From the NCBI GenBank assembly GCA_964016885.1, contig CAXHJY010000519.1, forward strand, positions 62,001 through 126,000: DNA of 64,000 nt. Reading direction: 5' to 3'. The notes under the pieces are model-generated. The model ran no database searches and was not told where the DNA came from. It saw only the letters and a list, made by a program, of their open reading frames with translations. The stretch comes from Eledone cirrhosa (Eukaryota). The translations under genes and the position numbers were made by a program. Of this stretch, positions 40,276 through 52,095 are shown in pieces; the first letter of the stretch is position 1; every line of letters starts with the position of its first letter.

Positions 40276-40894
40276 ACCATTTAAATAACCGCTGAACTAG
40301 TCTATATATATATTCTATTTAAGTATGTTGTTTTGGCGGGTGTTATTTCTTAACTAAATATTACATTTTTAATAATTATTACTATATAATTAAAGATTTA
40401 TTGTTATAGTTATTATTAGAAGTCTTTATATGTTTATTATTTCTATATTATAGACGTGTTAGTTGTCTTAGTTAGTGTGACTGCCTTTCACCATGTGACA
40501 GTAGCTACTGGTCTTTCTTTTCCTCGCTACAATCCGTCATTGTCTCAGTATCACGCAGCATTTGTCTACTTTATAACATTATATATTTATATTTACATTA
40601 TAAACTTACAAACACACACAACCAAAACCGGGGACGACATGCATACTTAATTACACGCCTAAACACGAGACGTTGTAATAAATTTTGAGTAAAGTCACAG
40701 ACTTGTTAGAAATTCCAGTGAGTGCGGAGAGATATTATAACACAGTAGCACTTAAACTTCAAGGCATAGCTTATCAAGAGTTACCTCCCGTGATTTCTAC
40801 AAATGCCTTTTATATTGTACGCACACATGTACACACTAAAAACTACAGAAACATACACATATAGAACACACACACACATGCACAGAAACGTACA

Positions 40895-41205
40895 TGACTG
40901 ACTGGCACTCCGTCGGTTACGACGATGAGTGTTCCAGTTGATCCGATCAACGGAACAGCCTGCTCGTGAAATATACACTTGAAATATACACTGAGCATTC
41001 CACAGACACGCGCACACTTTAACGTAGTTCTCGGGGAGATTCAGCGTGACACAGAATGTGACAAAGCTGGCTCCTCAAATTACAGACACGATTCATTTGT
41101 TTGCCAGCTGAGTGGACTGAAGTAAAGTGTCTTACTCAAGGACACAGAACACCGCCGGGAATCGAATTCCCGACCTTACGATTGTGAGCCAAATGCACTA
41201 ACCAC
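40895..41205 (-). mobile_element. tRNA-derived SINE (additional family)
   Basis: Head tggttagtgcatttggctcacaatcgtaaggtcgggaattcgattccc on the minus strand; body related to the 124-bp satellite. Confidence 0.7.
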
Positions 41206-41296
41206 ATATACGGAGTTCTTTCTAATGACCGTTTGCAACAGATTTCTGTCTCTAGGAGTCTTTGCCTGATATTTATAAGCTATTTTATAGCAATAC

Positions 41297-41500
41297 CAGG
41301 GATTGTCCGGGCACTTCCTCTTCACGCTGGTCGCCATTGAGACCTCAGGCGTACTTGGACCCTGTACTGCTGAGAACCTCTGCAGGATCGGAACATCAAC
41401 AGTTAGTTTGAGGAAGGAGCCCCATGAGGTGGGGTGGCTGTTGCACTGGGTGTCGTTGGCCATTGTCCGTGGGAATGCTTTTGAGGTTGTGGGGGGGCAG
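41297..41500 (+). pseudogene. Second CRE-like endonuclease C-terminal fragment
   Basis: Translates YQGLSGHFLFTLVAIETSGVLGP...EVGWLLHWVSLAIVRGNA. Confidence 0.72.
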
Positions 41501-41570
41501 CTCCAACACCACCGCACCCATCTACACACACACACATATATATATAGAAAAACAAAGAAAAGAATCCCCA

Positions 41571-41613
41571 GTCACTGAAGAGGTCACAGAATGTGTGACG
41601 AAAGAACTTTGAC
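41571..41613 (+). ncRNA. Minimal hammerhead-like motif within a TA-flanked element (41547-41831)
   Basis: GTCA-CTGAAGA-G-GTCACA/TGTGAC-GAAA-GAACTT-TGAC. Confidence 0.6.
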
Positions 41614-41974
41614 AATATATGAACAACCGTCCGGTTATGGAACCAACCAACCAACCAACCGGAAATTTATAAATTCTTCAATTTATAAATTTAATTTATA
41701 ATAAATTGGAGTGAAAGCAACTGGTGCATGTGTTTTTTATTGGCAACATGACCCTCCCAAAGTATAACAATATCGGTTTCAACACACGTTTTCAGATAAA
41801 GAATCTTGCTAAACAAATTCAGAAACGAAATATATATATATATATCCAAAGGTTTATTTAATTTGTTGGGATTCAACAAGCTTAAACATTTTTATAACTA
41901 ATATAAAGCACTCAACAGGATAGTGGAGTAAATATACAATATATTAATAAATGGAAACTATATTTATAAAACTG

Positions 41975-42040
41975 TATTTTATCTGATGAAAGTGCACCAT
42001 AATTTACCTTGGTGGCCCTTGAAATATATATAATAAAATA
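41975..42040 (+). ncRNA. Type I hammerhead ribozyme in a partially inverted module (41848-42070)
   Basis: TATTTTAT-CTGATGA-AAGTGCACCA...TGGTGGCCCTT-GAAA-TATATA-TA-ATAAAATA. Confidence 0.75.
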
Positions 42041-42071
42041 ATTATGGTTTTATAAATATAGTTTCCATTTA

Positions 42072-42262
42072 GGGCGGTGGATTGGCAGTATCGGTAAGGG
42101 TCGGACGCCATGCTTTGAAGCATAGAGTTACCTCCCTTTATGATCTGAGTTCAAATCCCGCCGAGGTTAACTTTGCCTTTCATCCTTACGGGGTCGATAA
42201 AATAAAGTACCAGTAATGCACTGGAATAATTGCTGGCCTTGTGCCAAAAGTAGAAACAATTA
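42072..42262 (+). mobile_element. SINE family C
   Basis: Full copy. Confidence 0.88.
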
Positions 42263-42626
42263 ATATATTGTGTATATATATATATGATGATGATGATATA
42301 TATCCTCAAAGGGAAAGCACAATCAACCATAGGCAGTCATCTTTGTTTTCCATTTTTCTCATGACAGGCTGTAGAAATAGGGCCCAGAACCCAACGAAAC
42401 TTGAGTACCTCTTTATGTCACTTGTAATTATTTATATATATATATATATATATATCCAACTATGAGATTTTGATATTACTTATTTTGAGAACAATACCTG
42501 AACATTAGTATGAGTGGCTGGTTACAGCCAGTTTGAACAGAAAGAGGTGAGAGAATTCTGGCCAGATATGGCCTGTTTAGATGCTAAAGGGTTAATAAAT
42601 AGAAAATATCTTTATAATACCATATT

Positions 42627-42686
42627 TATTTTATTATACGTATTTCAAGGACACTAAATTTTAGTGTGCTTTCATCAGATAAAATA
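42627..42686 (-). ncRNA. Type I hammerhead ribozyme
   Basis: TATTTTAT-CTGATGA-AAGCACACTAA/TTAGTGTCCTT-GAAA-TACGTA-TA-ATAAAATA. Confidence 0.8.
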
Positions 42687-43073
42687 TAATTATTTCTACT
42701 TTTGGCACAAGGCCAGCAATTATCCAGTTCATTACTGGTACTTTATTTTTTCGACCCGGTAAGGATGAAAGGCAAAGTTAACCTCGACGAGATTTGAGGT
42801 TGATAAAATATAATATATGATGTTAAGATATTGACTTCATCATCATCATCATCGTCATCGTTTAATGTCTATCTTCCACGCTAGCATGGGTTTATACTAT
42901 TAAGTTTACACTAAGGTATGTCAATAAGAAAATAAATATGGTATTATAAAGATATTTTCCATTTATAAATATTGTTAATATTAATAATACTCCAGATAAA
43001 TTCTGTAGAGTGCTTCATATCTGTTATAAAATTAATTCTGTTGAATAATAATCAGCAAACCATATAACTCATT

Positions 43074-43111
<38 letters not shown>

Positions 43112-43129
43112 ATGATATATATATATTTA

Positions 43130-43471
43130 TGGAGGCACATGGCTTAGTGGTTAGAGCATTGGGCTTGCAATCGAAGACCGGGTGATGTGTTGTTTCATTG
43201 AGCAAGAAACTTTATTTCACATTGCTCCAGTTCACTCAGCTGTAGAAATGAGATGATAGGCACTGGGGTCCCTATCATTCCACTGCAAAGTGGTCGTGGA
43301 GGTGCCACGGGGGAAAAGCACCCAGCCCACACTGTAAAAATGGACGTGTACAGCACTGACTGTAAATGAGGTTGGTGTTAGGAAGGGCTTCCAGCTGTAG
43401 AAATCAAGCCAGAATCAGTTCCCGTCCCACCCTTGCAAGCAGGGAAAAGCAGACGTAAAATGAAATGATGA
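43130..43471 (+). mobile_element. SINE family A
   Basis: tRNA-like head plus RTE tail. Confidence 0.88.
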
Positions 43472-43775
43472 TATATATGATGATACTGATGATATATATA
43501 TAGGAGTGTTTATATGTTTGTCTCTTGTATCTCACATATACCCATCCTCTCTTTCTCTCTCAACTGCCCTTTTTTTTCTTTATTTGTCTTTATTTGTTTC
43601 TATCCTGATATTCCAATCACAGAATATGCCAACAATATCTTAAACATCTGTTTGATATTAAACAGATCGATAATTCATTTCAAACGTCGTCAAACAACGA
43701 CATTTATTTCTGTATTCATATATTTATTCTCTGTCTTTTAAAATGTGAAGCCCTCATATTGTCCCCCCCCCCCCC

Positions 43776-43910
43776 CTCTCTCTCTTTCTCAATTGCTTTC
43801 TTTCTCTTTCTCTCTCAATTTCTCTCTCTCTCTTTCTCAATTGCTTTCTTTCTCTTTCTCTCTTTCTCAATTTCTTTCTTTCTTTCTGTCTCTCTCTCTC
43901 TCTCTCAATT

Positions 43911-43941
<31 letters not shown>

Positions 43942-44014
43942 CTTTTTTTCTCTTTCTCTCTCTTTCTCAATTTCTTTCTTTCTTTCTTTCTGTCTCTCTC
44001 TCTCTCTCTCAATT

Positions 44015-44045
<31 letters not shown>

Positions 44046-44208
44046 CTTTCTTTCTCTTTCTCTCTCTCTCTCAATTTCTTTCTTTCTCTCTCTCAATTTC
44101 TTTGTTTCTCTTTCTCTTTCTCTCTCTCTCTCTCAATTTCTTTCTTTCTTTCTCTGTCTCTTTCAATTTCTTTGTTTCTCTTTCTCTTTCTCTCTCTCTC
44201 TCTCAATT

Positions 44209-44288
<80 letters not shown>

Positions 44289-44400
44289 TCAATTGCTTTC
44301 TATCTCTCTCAATTTCTTTCTTTCTCCCCCCTCTCTCCCTCTCAATTTCTGTCTCTCACTCTCTCAATTTCTGTCTGTCTCTCTCTCTCTCCCTCTCCCC
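43776..44400. repeat. (CT)n-rich polypyrimidine array with CAATTT interruptions
   Basis: Direct reading. Confidence 0.95.
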
Positions 44401-45795
44401 ACTCTCATTCCACTAACAATGTTGTCTTCCCTCCTCCAGATCAGAGATCGTAGTTCATCATAAGATGCAATGCTGTAAATATATTACAAATATGATTACA
44501 AGTTTTATCGTCTTTACAGCTTGTCAGTTTGAAAGGTAAAACCATATCAAAACAATTATCTCTCAGCTTTTAAACACAGACTGATGTTCGACATCAACAC
44601 CGCCACCGATGCTGGCTGACAGCTACTCCACTGTTGTCTGTTTTGACAAGAATTAGCAGAGATTATACCTTCTTTGATCACATGTACAACCATTTGCTTT
44701 TAAGGTGTTAAGTATAGATAATTTCTCACACAGTCTTATTTATTTACTTATACTCTCACTAACTGAGGAGTTTAGATACCCTAGTAGAGTGTATGGAAGT
44801 CGCAAATTGGTAGAGTCACTCGAACGTCAGATAGAATGTTTTGTGGCATTCATTTCAGCTCTCTGATCTCTCAATTCAAATCTTGCCGAGGTAAACTTTG
44901 CCTTTCATCCTTTCGAGGTCGATAAAAGAAGTACCAGTGTAGTACTGGGGTTGATTCTTCCTTTGTATCTCTTTCTCACTTCCTCTCTCTCACTTTCTAT
45001 CTTTCTCTGGAAGAAATCTGTTGTACTGGAGAGGGATGGGCTCCATCAGGGTTAAAATACCCAAGAAAAACCATGTATCAATATGGAACCCCTACGATTC
45101 CATCAGGAATTCTGGGACAAGAGAGAGTGCTGCGTATGAATAATTCTTATTAGTATCAGATAGCATTGATTTATGACCTTCCTATGTTCTGAGTTCAAAT
45201 TTGCCTTTCCTCCTTCTGAGGTTAATAAAATAAAGTACCAGTAATTCACTGAGGTCAATTTAATTGACTTTCCCCTTCCCTCAAAATTGTTGGCTTTGTG
45301 CCTAAATCAGAAACCAGTATCAGTGTTGGATGGTATATAGTTATGACTACATTCTGAGTACAAATCCTGTTGAGGTCAACTTTGCCTTTCATCCTTCCGA
45401 GGTCATTAAAATAAAGTACCAGTTAAGTACTGGAGTCAATATAATGAACTTCCCCTTTCCTTCACATTACTGGCCTTGTACCAATACTAGAAAGAATTAT
45501 TAGTGTTAGACAAAAGTGGTGGATTGGCAGAATCATTAAAATCAGAGGTATCATCCATGCGTAACCCATCGCCATACCAACGTAGACTTCTCTCTTGCAT
45601 ACTACAGCTTATTCCTCTTATACACAATTTCTCTCTCAACTCGTCCATGTTTGGTTGAAAATAAATAAAAAGAGCTCTCGTAATACTCCTCCATAACACA
45701 AAACTGAACTGCATCTCATTTAATTTGGCTCTTACCCTAATTAGTTGTACTAGAACTATTTATGTCACTTTCATAACTTCGTTTATTATTCATTC

Positions 45796-46105
45796 GGTGG
45801 ATTGGCAGTATCGGTAGAGGGTCGGACGCCATGCTTTCCAGCATAGTTACGTCCCTTTACGATCTGAGTTCAAATCCTGCCGAGGTTGACTTTGCCTTTC
45901 ATCCTTACGGGGTCGATAAAATAAAGTACCAGTAATGAACTGGTTATTTGCTGGCCTTGTGCCTAAAGTAGAAACAATTATTATTTTGAGTTCAAATCCC
46001 GCCGAGGTTGACTTTGCCTTTCATCCTTACGGGGTCGATAAAATAAAGTACCAGTAATGCACTGGGAAATTGCTGGCCTTGTGCCTAAAGTAGAAACAAT
46101 TATTC
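45796..46105 (+). mobile_element. SINE C plus partial tandem copy
   Basis: Core repeated twice. Confidence 0.85.
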
Positions 46106-46227
46106 ATTCTATATTACCTGATTGACTATGTAGGTAACTAGTTTGACTCCTACCTCTCCTGATACTTTTAGCATCTCAGAAACTATCTCTGATAGTGCAG
46201 CAGCTTTACCATTTTTCATCTCCTTAA

Positions 46228-46448
46228 CCCTTTAACATTTACATTACTCTATATAAACTATTATATTTCTGTGGCAAAGGCTTTATCTCACATAATTATC
46301 TCACATAATATCGAATCTAGGAGATTTTGATATCATTTATTTTGAGAACAATACCTTAACATAAGTATGAGAGGCCAGTTACAGCTGGTTTGAACAGAAA
46401 GAGGTGAGAGAATTGTGGCCGGATGCGGGCGGTTTGAATGCTAACGGG
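46228..46448. mobile_element. Complete piggyBac-like TTAA MITE (221 bp)
   Basis: TTAA-CCCTTTAACATT...AATGCTAACGGG-TTAA; related to copies at 15268, 25018 and 42465. Confidence 0.85.
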
Positions 46449-46578
46449 TTAACAGCATTTTTGACTTATAAATGTCAATTTCAGGCCAACTGAATATGCA
46501 CGTGTTTTTTTTCTCATTTTCCCCATTCCTTTCTCTCATCACTCTTTATTTTCTATTTCTTTTCTATTTCTAACTCTA

Positions 46579-46614
46579 TCTTCTGATGAAGGACTAGTGT
46601 CCGAAACGTTAAGA
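46579..46614 (+). ncRNA. Minimal type I hammerhead ribozyme (Penelope-type)
   Basis: TCTT-CTGATGA-A-GGAC-TAGT-GTCC-GAAACGTT-AAGA; degenerate copy at 52754-52789. Confidence 0.75.
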
Positions 46615-46764
46615 CTCTCTTTCTGCTATTCAAGCATTAAACTAATATATTTCTTCCATCTACTGTGCCATTTGTTTTGTTATTTCTGTTTACCTTTTAC
46701 ACACACTCACACACACACACATATATATATATCTACACTAAAGGGGTCATGTAGATGACATGAC

Positions 46765-47526
46765 AAAAAGCACCCAGTCCACACTGTAAAGCGGTCACGT
46801 AGGTGTCACGGTAAAAAGCACCCAGTCCACACTGTAAAGTGGTCGTGTAGGTGTCACGGTAAAAAGGCTCCCAGTCCACACTGTAAAGTGGTCATGTAGG
46901 TGACACGACAAAAAGCACCTAGTCCATCCATACTGTAAAGTGGTCTTGTAGGAGACATGTTAAAAAGACTCCCAGTCCACACTGTAAAGTGGTCATATAG
47001 GACACATGACAAAAAGCACCCAGTTCACACTGTAAAGTGGTCGTGTAGGAGACACAGTAAAAAGGCATCCAGTCCACACTGTAAAGTGGTCGTGTAGGAG
47101 ACACAGTAAAAAGGCATCCAGTCCACACTGTAAAGTGGTCGTGTAGGAGACACAGTAAAAAGGCATCCAGTCCACACTGTAAAGTGGTCGTGTAGGAGAC
47201 ACAGTAAAAAGGCATCCAGTCCACACTGTAAAGTGGTCGTGTAGGAGACACAGTAAAAAGGCATCCAGTCCACACTGTAAAGTGGTCGTGTAGGAGACAC
47301 AGTAAAAAGGCATCCAGTCCACACTGTAAAGTGGTCGTGTAGGAGACACGGTAAAAAGGCATCCAGTCCACACTGTAAAGTGGTCGTGTAGGAGACACGG
47401 TAAAAAGGCATCCAGTTCACACTGTAAAGTGGTCGTGTAGGAGACACAGTAAAAAGGCATCCAGTCCACACTGTAAAGTGGTCGTGTAGGAGACACAGTA
47501 AAAAGGTATCCAGTCCACACTGTAAA
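46765..47526. repeat. 49-bp minisatellite (about 15 units) expanded from a retroposon internal module
   Basis: Unit cagtccacactgtaaagtggtcgtgtaggagacacagtaaaaaggcatc; continues into a family B 3' end at 47526-47698. Confidence 0.93.
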
Positions 47527-48382
47527 TGTGGTTGTTGTTAGGAAGGACATCCAACCGTAGAAAACCTGCCAGAAACAGTTTTGTACGAGCGAGACACTTT
47601 CACCTGACCAATCTTTCCTCAAGTGGGACAAACCCGTCCAACCCATGCTAGAGTGGAAGGTGGACGTTAAACAATGATGATGATGATGATGATGGTGATA
47701 TATACCTTTTGATATTATGTACTTGTATTTAATGATTGTTTCACCAGAGCATTTCAAAATGTTTTTGCATAATGCCCTTATGCCAAATAAATAAAATTGT
47801 GATTGTTATTTTTGTTGTTGTTGTTGTTGTTGCTGCAGCTGTTGTTGTTGTTGTTGTTGTTGTTTCCATTTATTTTCTTACCTTAAAAATAAAATTTCCG
47901 AAGCTAATCCTACTAACAGAGTGACATGATTGGAACGACAGCAATAATGGTGGGTAGTGGTGTAAACCATGTCAGTATGTTGTGGTATTAGTTGAGTTAA
48001 ACAGATTAAATAGTGAGTTGAATCGATGGAATGGGGTGTGGGGTGGGGGGTGGGGGCAGTTGTGTTCAGGTCGAAAATCCATTTAAAATTTTTGGAAATA
48101 TACAAAAGAACAGAAGAAAACCCTCCCCTCCCCCCCAAACAACTGAAATTAAAGTGAGAAATACCAAGTATTATAAGAAAAAATGTATTTGATGTATGAA
48201 ATAGTTTTGTGTCTTGTGAAACATTTTCATTTTTTTTTAACCCCCTCCTCCTGCTGCTCCTCCCCCTTCCCCCTCCTAATCATCATCATCATCATCACCA
48301 TCACCGCTGCCACCACCACCACCAACAACAACACCACAACCACCATCACCAACACCACCATCACCACCACCATCTCCACCCC

Positions 48383-48420
<38 letters not shown>

Positions 48421-48498
48421 CCGCTGCCACCACCACCACCAACAACAACACCACAACCACCATCACCAACACCACCATCACCACCACCATCTCCACCC

Positions 48499-48529
<31 letters not shown>

Positions 48530-48702
48530 CAATAGTAGTAATGTTAGTAGCAGCAGTTTTATATATTTATTCTATTTTAAATTGCTAAGTCCTTGGCGGA
48601 TAACAGTTGTTATGGCAACCATGACAAAAGAGTGCCTGTAACTCAGTGCAGAAGAAATATAACAAGGGACTCTCTCTTTGTCTGTCTGTCCCCCACCTCT
48701 CT

Positions 48703-48992
<290 letters not shown>

Positions 48993-48995
48993 ATA

Positions 48996-49095
48996 CAGTG
49001 GCGGACTGGCCAGGTTGCCAGGTTGTCCAATGGCAAGTGGGTCCCAGGGGGCCCACGGTAGCATTGCAGGGCCCACTGTAGTATTTTAGGGGCCA
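48996..49095 (+). mobile_element. hAT-like transposon end
   Basis: GC-rich terminus cagtggcggactggcc; no partner TIR found. Confidence 0.4.
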
Positions 49096-49216
49096 ATGCT
49101 TAGCTTTCAAAAAATACCTGAAGTTTAAGAGAAAGAATAACATTTAAAAAAAAATAAATGAAACAATTAAGCAAAGCATTTGACCAACAACACCACGTCA
49201 TTTTGTATTGAAAATG

Positions 49217-49525
49217 TTGAAAGTAGGTTTATAAGTATGAATTTTCAGTAGAATTTCGTAGTTGTCTCACTGGCCTAGTGGTAGGTGCTAGAGACAGTGC
49301 AGATCCTGTCTTGGGTTCAATCCTGGTCAAGAGGTATATGTAATGTCTTTCAGTTTTTATTTTACAACCAATAGAAAAAATACTGAAAAGGTTTACCAGG
49401 AACCCTACTCTCGACCAGGATTGAACTTCAGACCAGGATCACCACCATCTATGATTCCTTCAACTAGGCCACTGAGACAGCTACAAAAGTATAGTGAAAA
49501 TCGATAATTATAAACCTACTTTCAA
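49217..49525. repeat. Inverted repeat whose arms each contain a tRNA-like A/B box unit
   Basis: Termini ttgaaagtaggtttataa / ttataaacctactttcaa; tggcctagt(g/t)g and gttcaatcc in both arms. Confidence 0.75.
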
Positions 49526-50069
49526 AATCAAAATTAAATGATAGCATTCTATATGTAGGTGGGCCGCCTTTATTTTATCAACCTCATAAGCATGAAAGGC
49601 AAAATGAACTTCGGCGGGATTTGAACTCAGACCATAAAGGGCCTTAACTCTATGCTGTAAAGCATGGCATTTGAACCTCTACTGATACTGCCAATCCACT
49701 GCTATATATATATATACTCCAGAGTATATTTATAATCATGAAGTACAAGTCAATAGGTTATAATTCAATTTGTTTATTCATAATCGCTGTTATATATATT
49801 TCAGAGATAACCGTTATGCAACAGTTATGACTTCATCAGATAGCTAGAAGTTGAACAGAAAAACAAAGAAGAAATAAAGCTTACTTCTGTTGTTTTGATT
49901 CATTGATATGCTCTGGGCTGATATTTGGTGTTTGTCTCTCAAAGCATCAGTAGCATATGACTTAGAATAAGCAGCCTCACATCATCAGTAGAAGAGGTGT
50001 AAAAGGCAACTATCTACTGGTTAGATTTAGCTTCATCATTCCATCATTAAGTCTATTGAATTCCTTTAC

Positions 50070-50222
50070 GGAGCCATTGTCTGAGATTTGGCTTCAACCT
50101 TTTCTGGAATCAGGTTAGTCAGGGAAACCAATCCCAACTGGTGCTGCAAAATACATACAAGGTCAGGCCCTGACTGACCCAATTCCAGAAAAAGTTGAAG
50201 CCAAATCTTAGACAATGGCGCC
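50070..50222. repeat. Fold-back element (about 55-bp arms)
   Basis: ggagccattgtctgagatttggcttcaac versus gttgaagccaaatcttagacaatggcgcc. Confidence 0.8.
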
Positions 50223-50235
50223 ACTAAGCAATATG

Positions 50236-51467
50236 ATAGCTAGATAGTTAGATAGATATTTAGGAAGGTAGATCGATAGACAGATAGGTGGAAAGATTTA
50301 TTGATAGATAAATAGTTAGATAGACAGATAGGTAGATAGAAAAATAGATAGTTAGATAGATATGTTTCTTTATTAGCCACAGGGGCACAAAAGAAGGGGA
50401 CAAATACAAAGGGGGAAGTTTACATACAATAAAAACGTGCAAAATGTTATCACAAATGGAATTTAAAAAGTTAGTCGATTTTCCCCAATAGAGGGAGACA
50501 GTTTATATGGGTAACACATACCCCCGAAAAAAAATGTGCAACCCTCATCTCCAGGAGTTCGAAGAGTTTGTACTCCTTTCCTCTCCTCCTCCTTTTCCTC
50601 AACCTACAGGCTGATATAGAGAGAAGACCCATTCACTCGGGCCATTCTCGCCACTTTCACCCACCTTTCATAAAACTTGCTGGGGTACAGCACCTCTCTC
50701 TCCATCCTGATTCTTCTTGCAAAGTGGTATTTGACAAAAAGAATCAGTTGATATATAGATAGATAGATAGGAAGATAGATAGATAGATAGACAGATAGGT
50801 GGAAAGATAGATATATTTCTTTATTAGTCACAAGGGCGCACAAGAAAACGGGACAAAACAAAGACATGCCGGGGATTTTACATACAATCGTGTAAAAATA
50901 TGAAAGAAACAAATATAACAATCGAAATCCCCAATAGGGGAGGGGAAGCGCCACAAATGGGTTGTTTAATACCCCGTCGATAGAACAACCCTCAACTTCA
51001 GGAACGTGTTGTGCAAGTGCTCCATTCTTCCTTTTGCTCTCTGGAAAGATAGATATGTTTCTTTATTAGCCACAGGGGCACAAAAGAAGGGGACAAATAT
51101 GGAAAGATAGATAGATAGTTAGATAGATAGATATATTTCTTTATTTACCATAAAGGCATAAAAAAGAAGGGACAAATACAAAAGGGGAGTTTACATACAA
51201 TCGAGTAAAAAGGGTATAAAATGAAAATAATCGAAAACAACCTCAAAAGGGAGGGGACGTGATGGGGGTTGCACACACCCGATAGTTAGATAGATATATT
51301 TCTTTATTAGCCACAGGGGCACAAAAGAAGGGGACAAATACAAAGATAGATAGATAGATAGACAGATAGATGGAAAGATAGATAGATAGATAGATGTCTT
51401 TCTTTTTTTTTTATAGATAGATAGTTAGTTAGACAGATAGATAGCTAGAGCTAGATAAATAGATAGC

Positions 51468-51500
<33 letters not shown>

Positions 51501-52095
51501 GTCTATTTTTCTTTCTTTTTTTTTAGATAGATAGATAGATAGTTAGATAGATATATTTCTTTTATTTGCCACTAGGGCATCAAAAGTGGGACAAGTACAA
51601 AGGGGGGAGTTTACACAAAAAGGCGTCCTCAATAAGGAGGAGGCAATAACAAAATATAAAAATAAAATAAGATATAACAAAAAATAAAATTTTTAACAAA
51701 ATCCTCAATAGAGAGGAGGCGCCTTGGGGGGTCGCACACACCCCCGAAAAAAGTGTGCAACCCTTCTCCTCAGGAGCACAGAGAAGGGGTGCTCCCTTGG
51801 TCTTTCATCTTCCTCACCTATAGTCTGATGTAGAGTGAAGGCCCATTCACACGGGCCATTCTCGCCACTTTCACCCATCTTTCATAGAAACGGCTGGGGT
51901 GCAGCACCTCTCTCTCCATCCTGATCCTTCTTCCGAAATGATATCGGAAGAAACGGACCAGTTGTTGGCCAGAGAGAAAGGTGCCCGACCTCAGTCCTTT
52001 CAGACGCGTCCACCATACAACCTCTTTCGCCATGGCTATTACGCACAGAAACACCGCCTCTGCTTCAGATAGATAGTTAGATAGATAGATATATA
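50236..52095. repeat. (GATA)n array interrupted by six LINE 3' ends
   Basis: Direct reading. Confidence 0.92.
50361..52066 (-). mobile_element. Cluster of six 5'-truncated Tx1/L1-like LINE 3' ends
   Basis: Copies at about 50361-50750, 50813-51041, 51055-51099, 51133-51280, 51297-51343 and 51553-52066; shared end tttgtcccc...gtgcccctgtggctAATAAAgaaa; longest copies encode MAKEVVWWTR...FFRYHFGRRIRMEREVL..F.ERW. Confidence 0.8.
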
